A stretch of DNA of 64,000 bases from an uncultured Candidatus Saccharibacteria bacterium (GCA_964543265.1 CAZIWN010000002.1:29554-93553), one strand, 5' to 3'. Shown: positions 9,568-20,198, counted from the first letter of the stretch. Notes: generated by a model from the sequence alone, not told the origin. Program-made: numbers and translations.

Positions 9568-11340
9568 TTAACTATATCTCTCTCTGTTTAAATCGTCAAA
9601 TTTTTTTAATAATTCTTTTAAAAGCTTTTCATCACCCATTTTTTCGGCTTCTTTTATTTTTAATTTCAATTCCGAAACAGTATCTTTTAATATGTCTTTT
9701 TTTAACTCTTTTAGGGTTTTAGAAAAATTAGAAATAGAATCTCCTTGAAAAATATCAGACCCGGAATGAAATCTTAGATAATCTGACATTTTTTGCACTT
9801 CAATATCTGAACTATTATTTTCGGTTATATTTTTTATAACTATTTTATAAAATTCTGGAAAAAATATAATATTTTCCAATAAATCCTTCCACAATTCTTG
9901 ATTATTCAACGCCATAGCTATGGCATTTTTAGACAAAGTATCTTTTCTAGAATTAAATTTTTTTAACAAATCTTGTTCCGAAAAATTATCTTCATCTTTT
10001 TTTACAACCTGATTTGGGATCTTTATTAATTTCAACTCCTCTTGAACATCGCGTTCAGAAACACCCACAACATCAGCAATCTCCCTCATCCACAAAGATT
10101 GCTCTATCGGGCTCTTTATCATTTTTAGCTTTGCTAATATTTTCTTTAAATCAGTTTTCTTTTGAAAAGAATCTTTAGTTTTAAATTCTCTAGATTCTCC
10201 TAAAATTGTCTTAATATAAAAATGCATAGCCGGCTCAGCCCTCTTTAATAATTCTTCGCGTAAAAATCCACTATGAGATAAAACAACATCCGCAGCATCT
10301 TTAAAATTTTCTGACTCAAACTCTTTCAGCATCCCGACATTAAAAATCTTAACCGAAAAATCTTCACTAAGCGCCATTTCGTTGGCTCTTTCTGTGGCAA
10401 TTTTTCCAGCCTCATCATTATCGTAGAAAATAATAATATTTTGAGTAATCTTTTTTAAAACATCTAAATGGTCTTTAGTTAAAGATGTTCCAGAACTGGC
10501 AAAAGTATTTTTAAGTCCATCCTGATACAACATAATTAAGTCCATCTGCCCCTCAACCAAGACAGCTAAATTCATTTCTCTTATTATATTTTTTGACTTA
10601 TTAAAACCATAAAGAATTCTTGATTTGTTAAATATTGGAGTCTCTGGAGAATTAACATATTTTCCAGAAGTTTCCGCTTCCGGACTTCCTGGCATTATTC
10701 TTCCGGTAAATCCAACCACTTTTCCAAAACTATTCCATATTGGAAACATTATCCTATCCCTAAATCTATCCCAATAAGTTCCATTATTGGTTTTAAAAAC
10801 CAAACCAGCCCTTTCTATTTCTGACATTTTAAACCCCTTAGAAAGTAAAAATCTAGACAGAGCATCATTGGAGTTTGGAGCCAACCCCATCTCAAACTCT
10901 AAAACGGTCTCTTTCTTTAGTCCCCTCTCCTTTAAATAACTCCTAGCTTTTTCAGCGATTAAAGATTCCGAAAATAAATTATTTTTAAAAAAGTCTCTAG
11001 CAGATTCAACTATCTCATATAAAACATTGTATTCTCTCTCATCCTTTGATCCGGAAATCTTCAAATTAACCCCAGCCTTGTCAGCTAGAATTTTTAAAGC
11101 TTCTATGAATTCTAAATTGTCATGCTTCATTAAAAATCCGAAAATATCACCACCAGCACCACAACCAAAACATTTAAAAATCTGCCTATCCACATTAACC
11201 ATAAAAGATGGAGTTTTTTCTTTATGAAATGGACAGTTTCCCTTAAAATTTCTTCCTGCCGGAAGAAGCGGCATGTATTGCTTTATAAATTCAACAATGT
11301 CTATTTTTTCCTTTACCAAGTCTGATGATTTCTGATCCAT
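9568..11340 (-). CDS. dnaG: DNA primase
   Basis: CPFHKEKTPSF...CFGC zinc finger, FRDRIMFPI, KYVNSPET, TOPRIM VEGQMD and YDNDEAG. Confidence 0.97.
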   Translation of the reverse strand: MDQKSSDLVKEKIDIVEFIKQYMPLLPAGRNFKGNCPFHKEKTPSFMVNVDRQIFKCFGCGAGGDIFGFLMKHDNLEFIEALKILADKAGVNLKISGSKDEREYNVLYEIVESARDFFKNNLFSESLIAEKARSYLKERGLKKETVLEFEMGLAPNSNDALSRFLLSKGFKMSEIERAGLVFKTNNGTYWDRFRDRIMFPIWNSFGKVVGFTGRIMPGSPEAETSGKYVNSPETPIFNKSRILYGFNKSKNIIREMNLAVLVEGQMDLIMLYQDGLKNTFASSGTSLTKDHLDVLKKITQNIIIFYDNDEAGKIATERANEMALSEDFSVKIFNVGMLKEFESENFKDAADVVLSHSGFLREELLKRAEPAMHFYIKTILGESREFKTKDSFQKKTDLKKILAKLKMIKSPIEQSLWMREIADVVGVSERDVQEELKLIKIPNQVVKKDEDNFSEQDLLKKFNSRKDTLSKNAIAMALNNQELWKDLLENIIFFPEFYKIVIKNITENNSSDIEVQKMSDYLRFHSGSDIFQGDSISNFSKTLKELKKDILKDTVSELKLKIKEAEKMGDEKLLKELLKKFDDLNRERYS

Positions 11341-11408
11341 TGTCTTGATTCTACACTAATAAGTAAAAAAAATTAACAAAAACAACTAATTAGCCTATAA
11401 TCATCAAA

Positions 11409-12566
11409 ATGAAGCTGATATACATAAGTCATTGGCGTTTTCCTTCAGAGAAAACAATGTCTCCATTAATAATGAAAACCTGTTCGGAACTGGCAAGTTC
11501 TGGTTTTGATGTGGAGTTATGGGCTCCCAAAAGAATAAATAAAGAATTTAAAAATATTGACCCACACCAATATCACAATGTCTCTAAAAATTTTGAAATC
11601 AAAAAATTACCAGTCATAGATCTGATTGGCACAATTCCATCCATTGGTTTTCCATTAATGGTAGCGAGTTTCAATCTTTCTCTGTTTATATATTCTCTTA
11701 TCAGAAATTTTTCCCAAAAAGTCATATATTATGGACACGACTTTAGAGATTTCGAATTAATATCTCTTATTTCAAAAAATATTTTTATAGAAATTCACGA
11801 TTTTAATAAGAGTAATTTTAATATTTTAAATAAATTTGTCTTAAGAAAAACAATGGGCTTAATAGTGACTAATAAAATTAAAATTGAACAATTTAAAAAA
11901 GATTTTAATTTGGCTGATAATAAATTCTTACACCAACCAAATGCAGTAGATTTAAAAATGTTTGAAATTGAAAAATCTCAAAACTCAGCAAGGGAAATTT
12001 TAAAACTTCCCAAAAATGAAAAAATAGTGCTCTATACAGGACATTTATTCTCTTGGAAAGGGGTCGATACCTTATTGTCTGCGGCACTACTCTTAGATAA
12101 ATCAATAAAAGTATATTTTGTCGGCGGAACAGATGAAGATATATCCTCGTTTAAAGAAAAACAAAAGAACCTAAATATAAATAACGTTTTTATAATTGGT
12201 AGAGTTCCCCATCAAGAAATACCAATATGGCTCAAATCTGCTGACGTACTAGTTTTACCCAACACAGCCAAAGAAGATGTTTCAAAATACGAAACGTCTC
12301 CTGTAAAAATATTTGAATATATGGCTTCTAGTATTCCAATAGTGGCCTCTGACTTACCATCCATAAGAAATATAGTTAATGAAAAAATGGTTTATTTTTT
12401 TGAGGCAGATAATTCTAAATCCTTATCAGATAAGGTGATCGAGGCCTTAAATAACAAAAAAGAGAGTTTTTCTAAAATTCAAGCCTCTTTAATTGAAGTC
12501 AAAAAATATTCTTGGGAAATTAGAACTAAAAATATAACAAATTTTATAGAAAAACTATTAAAATAA
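11409..12566 (+). CDS. glycosyltransferase family 4
   Basis: PNAVD, YTGHL..WKG, SPVKIFEYMAS..PIVASD. Confidence 0.9.
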   Translation: MKLIYISHWRFPSEKTMSPLIMKTCSELASSGFDVELWAPKRINKEFKNIDPHQYHNVSKNFEIKKLPVIDLIGTIPSIGFPLMVASFNLSLFIYSLIRNFSQKVIYYGHDFRDFELISLISKNIFIEIHDFNKSNFNILNKFVLRKTMGLIVTNKIKIEQFKKDFNLADNKFLHQPNAVDLKMFEIEKSQNSAREILKLPKNEKIVLYTGHLFSWKGVDTLLSAALLLDKSIKVYFVGGTDEDISSFKEKQKNLNINNVFIIGRVPHQEIPIWLKSADVLVLPNTAKEDVSKYETSPVKIFEYMASSIPIVASDLPSIRNIVNEKMVYFFEADNSKSLSDKVIEALNNKKESFSKIQASLIEVKKYSWEIRTKNITNFIEKLLK

Positions 12567-12573
12567 AGAGCTC

Positions 12574-12602
12574 TTGCCAAAATAAAAAGCTTATACTATA
12601 AT
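12574..12602 (+). promoter_or_regulatory. sigma70-type promoter of rpmB
   Basis: TTGCCA (12574-79), 17 nt spacer, TATAAT (12597-602), 9 nt before ATG. Confidence 0.7.
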
Positions 12603-12611
12603 CTCTCTACT

Positions 12612-12839
12612 ATGAGAAAATGTGCAATTTGCTCCAAGGGTTCATTATTGGCTGGAACAAGAAAGCTATTAAGAGGCCACTATAATCCAACCGGCTGGGA
12701 GAGAAAATACCCAAATCTTCAGAAAACAAGGCTAGGAACCGGCCGTCGTGTTTTAGCTTGTGTTACTTGTATAAAACAAATTTCAAAAAGCGCAAAACCA
12801 GTAATCCCAACCAAGAAAGAAACAGTATCAGTTAAATAA
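12612..12839 (+). CDS. rpmB: 50S ribosomal protein L28
   Basis: RKCAICSKG...R.YPNLQ...ACVTCIK, the Zn-binding bL28 pattern. Confidence 0.88.
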   Translation: MRKCAICSKGSLLAGTRKLLRGHYNPTGWERKYPNLQKTRLGTGRRVLACVTCIKQISKSAKPVIPTKKETVSVK

Positions 12840-12875
12840 TTAAAAAACACCGGATTAATCCGGTGTTTTTTAATT
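12838..12875. terminator. intrinsic terminator after rpmB
   Basis: Perfect palindrome AATTAAAAAACACCGGATTAATCCGGTGTTTTTTAATT. Confidence 0.85.
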
Positions 12876-12929
12876 GTAAAAAATAATCCAATAACTTAAC
12901 CTAAATATACAACTTAATATTATGTAAAT

Positions 12930-13000
12930 CGGGCTGTAGTATAACGGTAGTATATACCCTTGGGGTGGGTACGAACCGGGTTCAACTCCCGGCAGCCCGA
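12930..13000 (+). tRNA. tRNA-Pro(GGG), CCA not encoded
   Basis: Acceptor CGGGCTG/CAGCCCG, anticodon arm TACCC-TTGGGGT-GGGTA, T arm CCGGG-TTCAACT-CCCGG. Confidence 0.95.
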
Positions 13001-13012
13001 CAAAATATCAAA

Positions 13013-15487
13013 CTACTTAATGATTGCCTTACTGTGAAGTTTTAAAAACTTATCATCTATCATTCTCTCTATCTCTCCTCGAGGACTTCCGTAAACCACT
13101 CTAGACAACTCCTTTATTTTTTCAGAAATTCCAGAACCACTCCTCACAGGATCTGTAATTTTTAAACTAAAAGCTGGTGCCGTCTGTCCATCAATTAAAA
13201 TTCTAGCGTAGCAATTAAAATTATCTATATTCATCAAATCATTTGCCGTAAATTCCGGAGTAAACTCTTTTTCCAATAAATCACCATCATCAGCCCCAAC
13301 TCTAAACGCAATCTTTGAACCAACATTCCCAAAAACCGCTTTAGATATATTTTCACTCAACTGCCCCACAAATTGATTGGCAATTATAAGATTCAATTTA
13401 TACTTTCTAGCCTCTGATAGTATTTTCTCGATAGAGTTTGTTGTTACGTTTTGAAATTCATCTATATAAAGATAAAACGGTTTTCTGTCGCCTTCCTGAA
13501 TATTAGACCTAGAAAAAGCAGCTAAAGCAATTTTACCAACAATTATTAAACCAATAAGAGCAGAATTTAGCTCACCAAGTTTACCCTTAGAAAGATTCAC
13601 TAGCAAAATCTTTCCAGAGTCCATAACCTCTCTAAAATTAAAAGAAGATTTTTCCTGCAAAACTATGGGGCGCATTATATCGTTTGAAAGAAACGAATCG
13701 AATTTTGACGATATGTATGGAATCATATTTTGCAAACTTGCCTCTCCCCCAGCCTTTTCAGCGATCTCTTTCCAAAATAATTTAACTAATTGATTTTTAC
13801 ATTTTTCAAGCTTCATTTCCCTGAATTTCTTATCTGCAAAAACCAAATTTATTTCCAACAAAGTATTCCCCAACTCCGGGCTATCCATCACTAAAGAAGT
13901 TGCATTTCTAAAATATTGCTCGAACATTGGACCACCAACGGTTTTCATATCGTATAATTTATTAAATATTTCCAAAAGCTCATTTATCACAAAAGTTTTT
14001 TGTTCAGGAAGCTTTTCGTCATATTCAAGCATATTTAAAGCCAATGGCCTCTCTGTGTCGCTAGGATTAAAATATATAACATCTTTTGCTCTTTCTTTTG
14101 GAATTTTAGACAAGATATCCTCAACAGCATCACCATGCGGATCAATAAAACAAACTCCCTTACCAGAGTTAATATCCTGAATAACCAAATTCTTTAAAAA
14201 ACTAGTCTTACCAGTTCCAGTTTGCCCTATTACATACAAATGCCTTGCTCTGTCATCATCCTTCATGTAAATATTTTTTTCTTCTCCTCTAAAAATATTT
14301 TTTCCTAAAAGAATTCCAGATTCTGCAATGTTAAGCGGTGCAGAACTCTGCTTTGCTTTTGAAGCAGAAAGTAGCGCATGAAAAATATTATTTGGAAAAT
14401 GAATCAAGCTGGATAATTCTTCCGTAGAAACATATGTAGCAGAAGATTTTTTTACAGGAGCTCTAAAGACGAAATCGTAAACAAACTTTTTTAACTTATT
14501 TTTTTGAATTTTTTTTACATTTAATCTATTAACCTCTTCCAAATTAAACTGAGAAAAATAAGAAGAAAATTCATCTATCAAAGCATCTGCCCTCTCTTGT
14601 GTTTGGGCAGAAGATAAGATTCTTAAAGTTGATTCAAAAATTTGTTTTTGTGATTTTGTTTTTAAAGCATTTACCAATCCCTCATCAAAATAAGTATTTA
14701 CACCCAAATCCCCAACTTCATCTTTTTTCTTATTTTTAGACATAGCCTCCCTCAACCCCTTGCCACTTTTAACATTTTTAGCCACATCTGAAAGACGCTT
14801 ATTATAATAACCCTTAGAGTATCTGCCAATAATTTGTATGGCTAAACTTTCGTTTTCTTTTTGGATTTTTGAAAAATTATTCAATAAAACGCTTAAAGGA
14901 TCTATCTCCATGCCATTGTAAGTTTTTATTGGCAAAAATTTATTTTTAGCAGTTATCATGGCTCCAGAAACCATTGACCCAGCTTTAAACATCTTATAAC
15001 CCCTAACATTATTTAAAATTGCCTCTGGATATATTCCTTGAATACTTTTTGATATTGATTTTTCATATTTTTTAGGAATTAAAACAAAAAATTCTATCTG
15101 TTGACCAGAATTCTGAACAACCACCTCCATAGAAAAAAACGGCTCACCATATAAAAAACCCTTAAACCCTCCCCTCTTAATGGTTATAAATTGAGAAAAA
15201 ACCTGTTCCATAATGGAAATTTTTTCTCTAATCTCTGCTAATCCCATTTTTTCCTTTTGGTCCTTGTTTTGATTATTTTTTGGAAATTGAACGTTTATAA
15301 CAGAAAGTCCCAAAGAATCTGAAAAAAATCCTTTTCTTAAAAAGAAATTTCTCAGAAAAATAAAAACAACAGAAATAACTAAAACAAATATAACGAAAAT
15401 TAAAAAACCGCCACTAAATATAAAATTAGTTAAAAAATCAATAATTCCAAAATTATAATCCTGAAACGATGAAAAAATATCGTTCAT
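13013..15487 (-). CDS. membrane-anchored HerA/VirB4/TraD-like P-loop ATPase
   Basis: N-terminal TM; RHLYVIGQTGTGKT Walker A, IDPHGD, LYIDEFQN Walker B, LSEARKY..L.IANQ, FGNVGS. Confidence 0.88.
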   Translation of the reverse strand: MNDIFSSFQDYNFGIIDFLTNFIFSGGFLIFVIFVLVISVVFIFLRNFFLRKGFFSDSLGLSVINVQFPKNNQNKDQKEKMGLAEIREKISIMEQVFSQFITIKRGGFKGFLYGEPFFSMEVVVQNSGQQIEFFVLIPKKYEKSISKSIQGIYPEAILNNVRGYKMFKAGSMVSGAMITAKNKFLPIKTYNGMEIDPLSVLLNNFSKIQKENESLAIQIIGRYSKGYYNKRLSDVAKNVKSGKGLREAMSKNKKKDEVGDLGVNTYFDEGLVNALKTKSQKQIFESTLRILSSAQTQERADALIDEFSSYFSQFNLEEVNRLNVKKIQKNKLKKFVYDFVFRAPVKKSSATYVSTEELSSLIHFPNNIFHALLSASKAKQSSAPLNIAESGILLGKNIFRGEEKNIYMKDDDRARHLYVIGQTGTGKTSFLKNLVIQDINSGKGVCFIDPHGDAVEDILSKIPKERAKDVIYFNPSDTERPLALNMLEYDEKLPEQKTFVINELLEIFNKLYDMKTVGGPMFEQYFRNATSLVMDSPELGNTLLEINLVFADKKFREMKLEKCKNQLVKLFWKEIAEKAGGEASLQNMIPYISSKFDSFLSNDIMRPIVLQEKSSFNFREVMDSGKILLVNLSKGKLGELNSALIGLIIVGKIALAAFSRSNIQEGDRKPFYLYIDEFQNVTTNSIEKILSEARKYKLNLIIANQFVGQLSENISKAVFGNVGSKIAFRVGADDGDLLEKEFTPEFTANDLMNIDNFNCYARILIDGQTAPAFSLKITDPVRSGSGISEKIKELSRVVYGSPRGEIERMIDDKFLKLHSKAIIK

Positions 15488-15864
15488 AAAATTTCTCTTC
15501 TTTTTAAAAGCTCATTATAATAATCCGGATTTTGAGATAGAGTGTTCCATAAATCTTCCACAGCATTTGGATCTTCTAAAACCATATCAACACCTCTCGC
15601 AATGCCATCTTCAAAAACAACATATATCGGAGAGTCGGACTCCAAAACAACATCTCCCCTACCAACTTCCTTCTTTGGTTTATCGATAGCCCCATTCACG
15701 CTATCTTTACCAGCCACAAAATCCCGAACAATTGTCTCTTTTCTAAGGTGTTGCTCACTAAACCCACCCAAAGCACTCTCGCGCCTAGGAGCTTCTTTTT
15801 TTTCCTCCTTAATAACCTCAATCGTCCCGCCACTTTTATTATTAAAAACATCTTGACCTTCCAT
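15484..15864 (-). CDS. hypothetical protein overlapping the ATPase start by 4 nt (probable translational coupling)
   Basis: ORF with -10 box TATAAT 8 nt upstream; stop overlaps the next start (ATGA). Confidence 0.7.
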   Translation of the reverse strand: MEGQDVFNNKSGGTIEVIKEEKKEAPRRESALGGFSEQHLRKETIVRDFVAGKDSVNGAIDKPKKEVGRGDVVLESDSPIYVVFEDGIARGVDMVLEDPNAVEDLWNTLSQNPDYYNELLKRREIL

Positions 15865-15977
15865 AATTAAATATTATATCAGAATTTATAATTAATAACT
15901 TAAATTACTCCCAACTATAGATAGTTAAATAGAGAAATTCGTAGTAATATTTAATAAAACATAAGTAAAAAAATAAA

Positions 15978-18900
15978 ATGATTTTACAACCACATAAGCA
16001 CGCATTTAGATCAATATTGCTTACAATCTTTATGGCGAGCTTCGCGCTCTTTTTATTCGTAAATTTTAGAAACACTCCAGAAAATACAGCTTTAGGAGTA
16101 AGCTGTCCGGCTGGCATTGCCGGTCAAATGGATTTATGTCCATCAACCAGAATTCCCCATCAGGGTGATACCGTTCAATTCACTGTTAACACCAGACAAG
16201 CCCAGTCCGGAATATCTGTAACTATTTATATTGGAGGTAGACCAGGAAGCGATGGCTACATCACCAATCCTCAAATTTTCACAACGGGCTCAACAAATTC
16301 TAGTGGAAATTTTGACTTCTCTTATACTGTTCCATCTGGCGACGCCTGGAACACTTTTCACTATTTTAGAGCAGAAGCCACTGTCGGAGGATCTCTCTTA
16401 AAAAGTAATCAAGTAGCCCTAACCGTAATTCCAAAAACAACCGATGCTGACTGGATCTTAACTCCAACGACTTATTGCCAAGTACAAACTGGTGGCAACT
16501 GTACTCCAATTAATAATTCATACCCACTCGACAAAGTTTACCCCCTAGCAGCAACAGGAGACGTAATTTTGCTTGAAGACGGTCAATATAATCATGCAGA
16601 ATTTAAAAGAAGTTGTCATAGTCAAACGGGACCAATGATCTGGGTTATGGCTAGAAACATAAACGGCCCAGTTTTTAATCCAAATCCTGTCGGAAGCAGC
16701 GATACAATATCTTTTAATCAAAAAAGCTGCTGGACTACATTAGTTGGTTTAAAAATTATGGGCGATGATAGAGCTGGAGTTCATTTTGTTACTTCAACCA
16801 ATAATGGACCGTACTTAAATGATCAATTTTTAGAAGTCACCATAGATGGTGGATGGGATTATTACAATAATTCTGGAACTACGGCAAAGTGGGGATTTCA
16901 ATCATACGGACTGCAAGGCTTTAGATATGTCGGAGGGGAAGTAAAAAACGTAGGAGATATGTCTGTTGGAGAACATGCTTTTTATATGCATAATCCAGAC
17001 ACAGACGCTACGGGTAATGCAATTGAACTTAGAGATGTTAATTCATCTAACGTTGGAAGAACATACGTACAAATAGTAAACAGGCCAGATGACTGCAGTT
17101 ATGCCAACCCTTGCCCACCAGGAAGTGGAATAGTCACCATAGAACATGCCGTCATTAAAAATACTGGACTTGAAGGTAATTGCACGGGAGGATCATCTTT
17201 AACTTTTGGTGGAAGAAACGACTACAACATTATAGTAAGTAATACATATGTAGAATCTGGTTTAGATACAGGGCTTTCATGTAAGGGAACTGGAGAATTT
17301 GTCACTTGGGACGGAAACAATGTTCCAGCAGAAAATAACGGCCCAACAACTGTTAGAAATTCATACTTCATAATGGCTCCTAATCAAGGTAATAAGCCAT
17401 TATCAGAAATCGGAACAGTTGATTCAATAACTATAGAAAAAAGCACATTCATTAGCGGAAAAACTTATTCGATGAACGCCAAAAAAAGTGCCGTTACTAA
17501 ATGCTTTGATAGAGATTCAAATATAACTGGAAATCCAGAAAAGAGAGTTACGGTTGACGGCGTAGATTATGCAAATTACCAAGCCATGTTAGACGCCTTA
17601 GGAGATTGCGGAAGCTCTGGAGGAAATCCAACAGTAACCCTTTCAGCCACCGATGCTAATGCCTCAGAAACAGCAGGAGATCCGGGAACATATACAATCT
17701 CAAGAACTGGAAGTACTGCAAATTCTTTATCTGTGAAGTTTTCAGTTTCCGGAACCGCCACCAACGGAACAGATTACAATCAAATCAATTCGCCAGTAAC
17801 AATCCCAGCGGGGGCATCTAGTGTAACAGTGCAACTATCCCCCATAGATGACACCTCTGCTGAATCATCAGAGACAGCAATATTAACCCTAAACTCTGAT
17901 CCATTGTATATAATCGGCTCTCCAAGCTCCGGAACGGTAACTATTGCCGACAATGATAGCGGAGGAGGGCTTCCAACTGTAACGGTTTCAACAACAGACG
18001 CTAATGCTTCTGAAACAGCCGGTGATACTGGAACTATAAAAATAATAAGAACTGGTTCAACAGCCAGTTCGCTAACTGTCTATTTTTCTATCTCAGGAAC
18101 AGCCACTAATGGTTCTGATTATTCCTCCATAAGTTCGCCGATAACAATTCCATCTGGAACCTCAACGGTAGCAATTCAAATCTCTCCAATAGACGACACC
18201 TCTATCGAATCATCAGAAACAGCCATAATCACCATAACCTCAAACGCCAGCTACACAATCGGCTCTCCAAGCTCCGGAACGGTAACTATTACTGACAACG
18301 ATAGTAGCAGCACGCCAACAGTAAGTCTCACAACCACAGACAGTAGCGCATCCGAAGCTGGACTAGATCCGGGAAGCTTCACCCTCTCAAGAACAGGAGC
18401 AACAACCAATCCATTAACTGTTTCTGTCAGTATTTCCGGAACCGCTACTAACGGAACGGATTATAATCAAATAATTTCCCCCATTACAATTCCGGCAGGT
18501 TTATCTTCAACCAATATAAACATTACACCGGTAGACGACATATCAGTTGAAAACACAGAGACGGCTGTTATAACTATTAATTCAGATCCATCTTATATAA
18601 TTGGCTCTCCAAACACCGGAACTGTTAACATCTTAGACAATGACGGAGTTCCACCTCCCCCGCTACCAACAATAAGTGTCATAGCCAATGACCCGACATC
18701 GTCTGAACCTGGATCAGATACTGGAAGCTTTACGGTCTCAAGAACAGGATCAACAACAAATTCCTTGACTATAATATTCACAATGTCGGGCACAGCCACT
18801 AACGGCTCAGACTATCAGCAAATAAATTCACCAGTAACAATTCCAGTAGGATTTTCATCTGTCTTCGTTAACCTAACACCTCTCAATGATTCCAGTATAG

Positions 18901-20198
18901 AAAATACAGAATCTGCAACCCTAACCATATCTCCAGACTCATCATACTCCATCGGTTCACCAAATAGCGCCTCCGTAGATATTCTCGATGATGATAGTGC
19001 TCCTCCACCAACCCCAATAGTCAGCATCGCAGCTAACGACCCAACAGCCTCTGAATTAGGACTAGATAATGGAATAATAACCATCTCCAGAAATGGCTCA
19101 ACAATATCCCCTCTCACAGTATCTTTCATAATCTCAGGAGACGCTATAAATGGCACAGACTATAATCAAATATTTTCATCAGCCACAATAGGAAGCGGTC
19201 TCTCTTCTGTTTCTATAAATCTAACACCGATCAACGATACAATTATAGAAAATACAGAGACCATAACATTAACAATAGCCTCCGATCCAAACTACGTAAT
19301 AGACACTCAAAACACCGCCACGGTCAACATTCTAGATGACGACAACACCCAGCCAAATCCCCCACCACCACCAACAAATCCGACAAACACCCAGCAGGCA
19401 CCTTCCAACTTCTCTGGATTAGCTCTTTCACCAAGTAAAATATATCTTAGCTGGAATTTGGTTTCTGGAGCTTCTGGAATAGAATTGTCTGAAAGTTCAG
19501 ATAATATTACCTTTGGTAAAATATATAATTTACCAGGAAATTATTACTACTATAAATTAGACGTAGTACCCGGAAGTACTCATTACTACAGAGTTAGAAG
19601 CTATGATAGTTCAGGAAGCTACTCGAGCTATTCAAACTCAACCCAGGTTTCAACCTCAAATTCAACGTCGCAGTTTACTAAGCTTCTTTATCAAGGAGTT
19701 AGCGACAAAGAAGTTTCCATACTTCAAGAGTGTCTAAAAACAGATTCTACTATTTATCCAACCGGTAAAATAACTGGCTACTTTGGACCATTAACCGAAA
19801 CTGCTGTTAGAAACTTCCAAAATAAATATGGAATAAATTCGATAGGTATAGTTGGACCACTCACAAGAGCTAAACTCAACACCGTATGCTCCCCATCATC
19901 TACAAGCTATCAATCACCAGCCGCCACAGCTCTAAAAATATCTGTAAATTTCAATCTAAGTTTTGACACGATTCTTGGTCTTGGAAGTTCAGGTGATCAA
20001 GTCTCTCTTCTTCAGGCTGTTTTAGCCAAAAATCCTAGTCTTTATCCTTCAGGAATCATTTCTGGCTACTTTGGACCATTAACCGAAACTGCTGTTAAAA
20101 ACTTCCAAAATAAATACGGAATAGAGCCGCTGGGAACGGTTGGCACAAAAACAATAATAAAACTAAACGAAATAAAGTCAGCAGGAATTAATCCATAA
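15978..20198 (+). CDS. large surface protein: signal/anchor, Ig-like, beta-helix-like domain, 5 Calx-beta-type repeats, FN3, 2 peptidoglycan-binding domains
   Basis: GDVILLEDGQY start of a beta-helix-like region; repeats with SGTATNGTDY...DD...E..ET...TI.DND; FN3 APSNF..LSWN..YYRVRSY; two V..LQ..L...GYFGPLTETAV..FQ motifs. Confidence 0.85.
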   Translation: MILQPHKHAFRSILLTIFMASFALFLFVNFRNTPENTALGVSCPAGIAGQMDLCPSTRIPHQGDTVQFTVNTRQAQSGISVTIYIGGRPGSDGYITNPQIFTTGSTNSSGNFDFSYTVPSGDAWNTFHYFRAEATVGGSLLKSNQVALTVIPKTTDADWILTPTTYCQVQTGGNCTPINNSYPLDKVYPLAATGDVILLEDGQYNHAEFKRSCHSQTGPMIWVMARNINGPVFNPNPVGSSDTISFNQKSCWTTLVGLKIMGDDRAGVHFVTSTNNGPYLNDQFLEVTIDGGWDYYNNSGTTAKWGFQSYGLQGFRYVGGEVKNVGDMSVGEHAFYMHNPDTDATGNAIELRDVNSSNVGRTYVQIVNRPDDCSYANPCPPGSGIVTIEHAVIKNTGLEGNCTGGSSLTFGGRNDYNIIVSNTYVESGLDTGLSCKGTGEFVTWDGNNVPAENNGPTTVRNSYFIMAPNQGNKPLSEIGTVDSITIEKSTFISGKTYSMNAKKSAVTKCFDRDSNITGNPEKRVTVDGVDYANYQAMLDALGDCGSSGGNPTVTLSATDANASETAGDPGTYTISRTGSTANSLSVKFSVSGTATNGTDYNQINSPVTIPAGASSVTVQLSPIDDTSAESSETAILTLNSDPLYIIGSPSSGTVTIADNDSGGGLPTVTVSTTDANASETAGDTGTIKIIRTGSTASSLTVYFSISGTATNGSDYSSISSPITIPSGTSTVAIQISPIDDTSIESSETAIITITSNASYTIGSPSSGTVTITDNDSSSTPTVSLTTTDSSASEAGLDPGSFTLSRTGATTNPLTVSVSISGTATNGTDYNQIISPITIPAGLSSTNINITPVDDISVENTETAVITINSDPSYIIGSPNTGTVNILDNDGVPPPPLPTISVIANDPTSSEPGSDTGSFTVSRTGSTTNSLTIIFTMSGTATNGSDYQQINSPVTIPVGFSSVFVNLTPLNDSSIENTESATLTISPDSSYSIGSPNSASVDILDDDSAPPPTPIVSIAANDPTASELGLDNGIITISRNGSTISPLTVSFIISGDAINGTDYNQIFSSATIGSGLSSVSINLTPINDTIIENTETITLTIASDPNYVIDTQNTATVNILDDDNTQPNPPPPPTNPTNTQQAPSNFSGLALSPSKIYLSWNLVSGASGIELSESSDNITFGKIYNLPGNYYYYKLDVVPGSTHYYRVRSYDSSGSYSSYSNSTQVSTSNSTSQFTKLLYQGVSDKEVSILQECLKTDSTIYPTGKITGYFGPLTETAVRNFQNKYGINSIGIVGPLTRAKLNTVCSPSSTSYQSPAATALKISVNFNLSFDTILGLGSSGDQVSLLQAVLAKNPSLYPSGIISGYFGPLTETAVKNFQNKYGIEPLGTVGTKTIIKLNEIKSAGINP
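17628..19345 (+). repeat. five tandem ~115-aa Calx-beta-type domain repeats
   Basis: Units start PTVTLSATD, PTVTVSTTD, PTVSLTTTD, PTISVIAND, PIVSIAAND; identical 34-nt DNA block at 17912-17945 and 18257-18290. Confidence 0.85.

Noticed and set aside
19774-20123. Near-identical repeat pair as a possible DGR template/variable repeat
   Set aside because: Both copies are in-frame PG-binding domains, the two mismatches are not adenine-specific, and no reverse transcriptase is present in the window.
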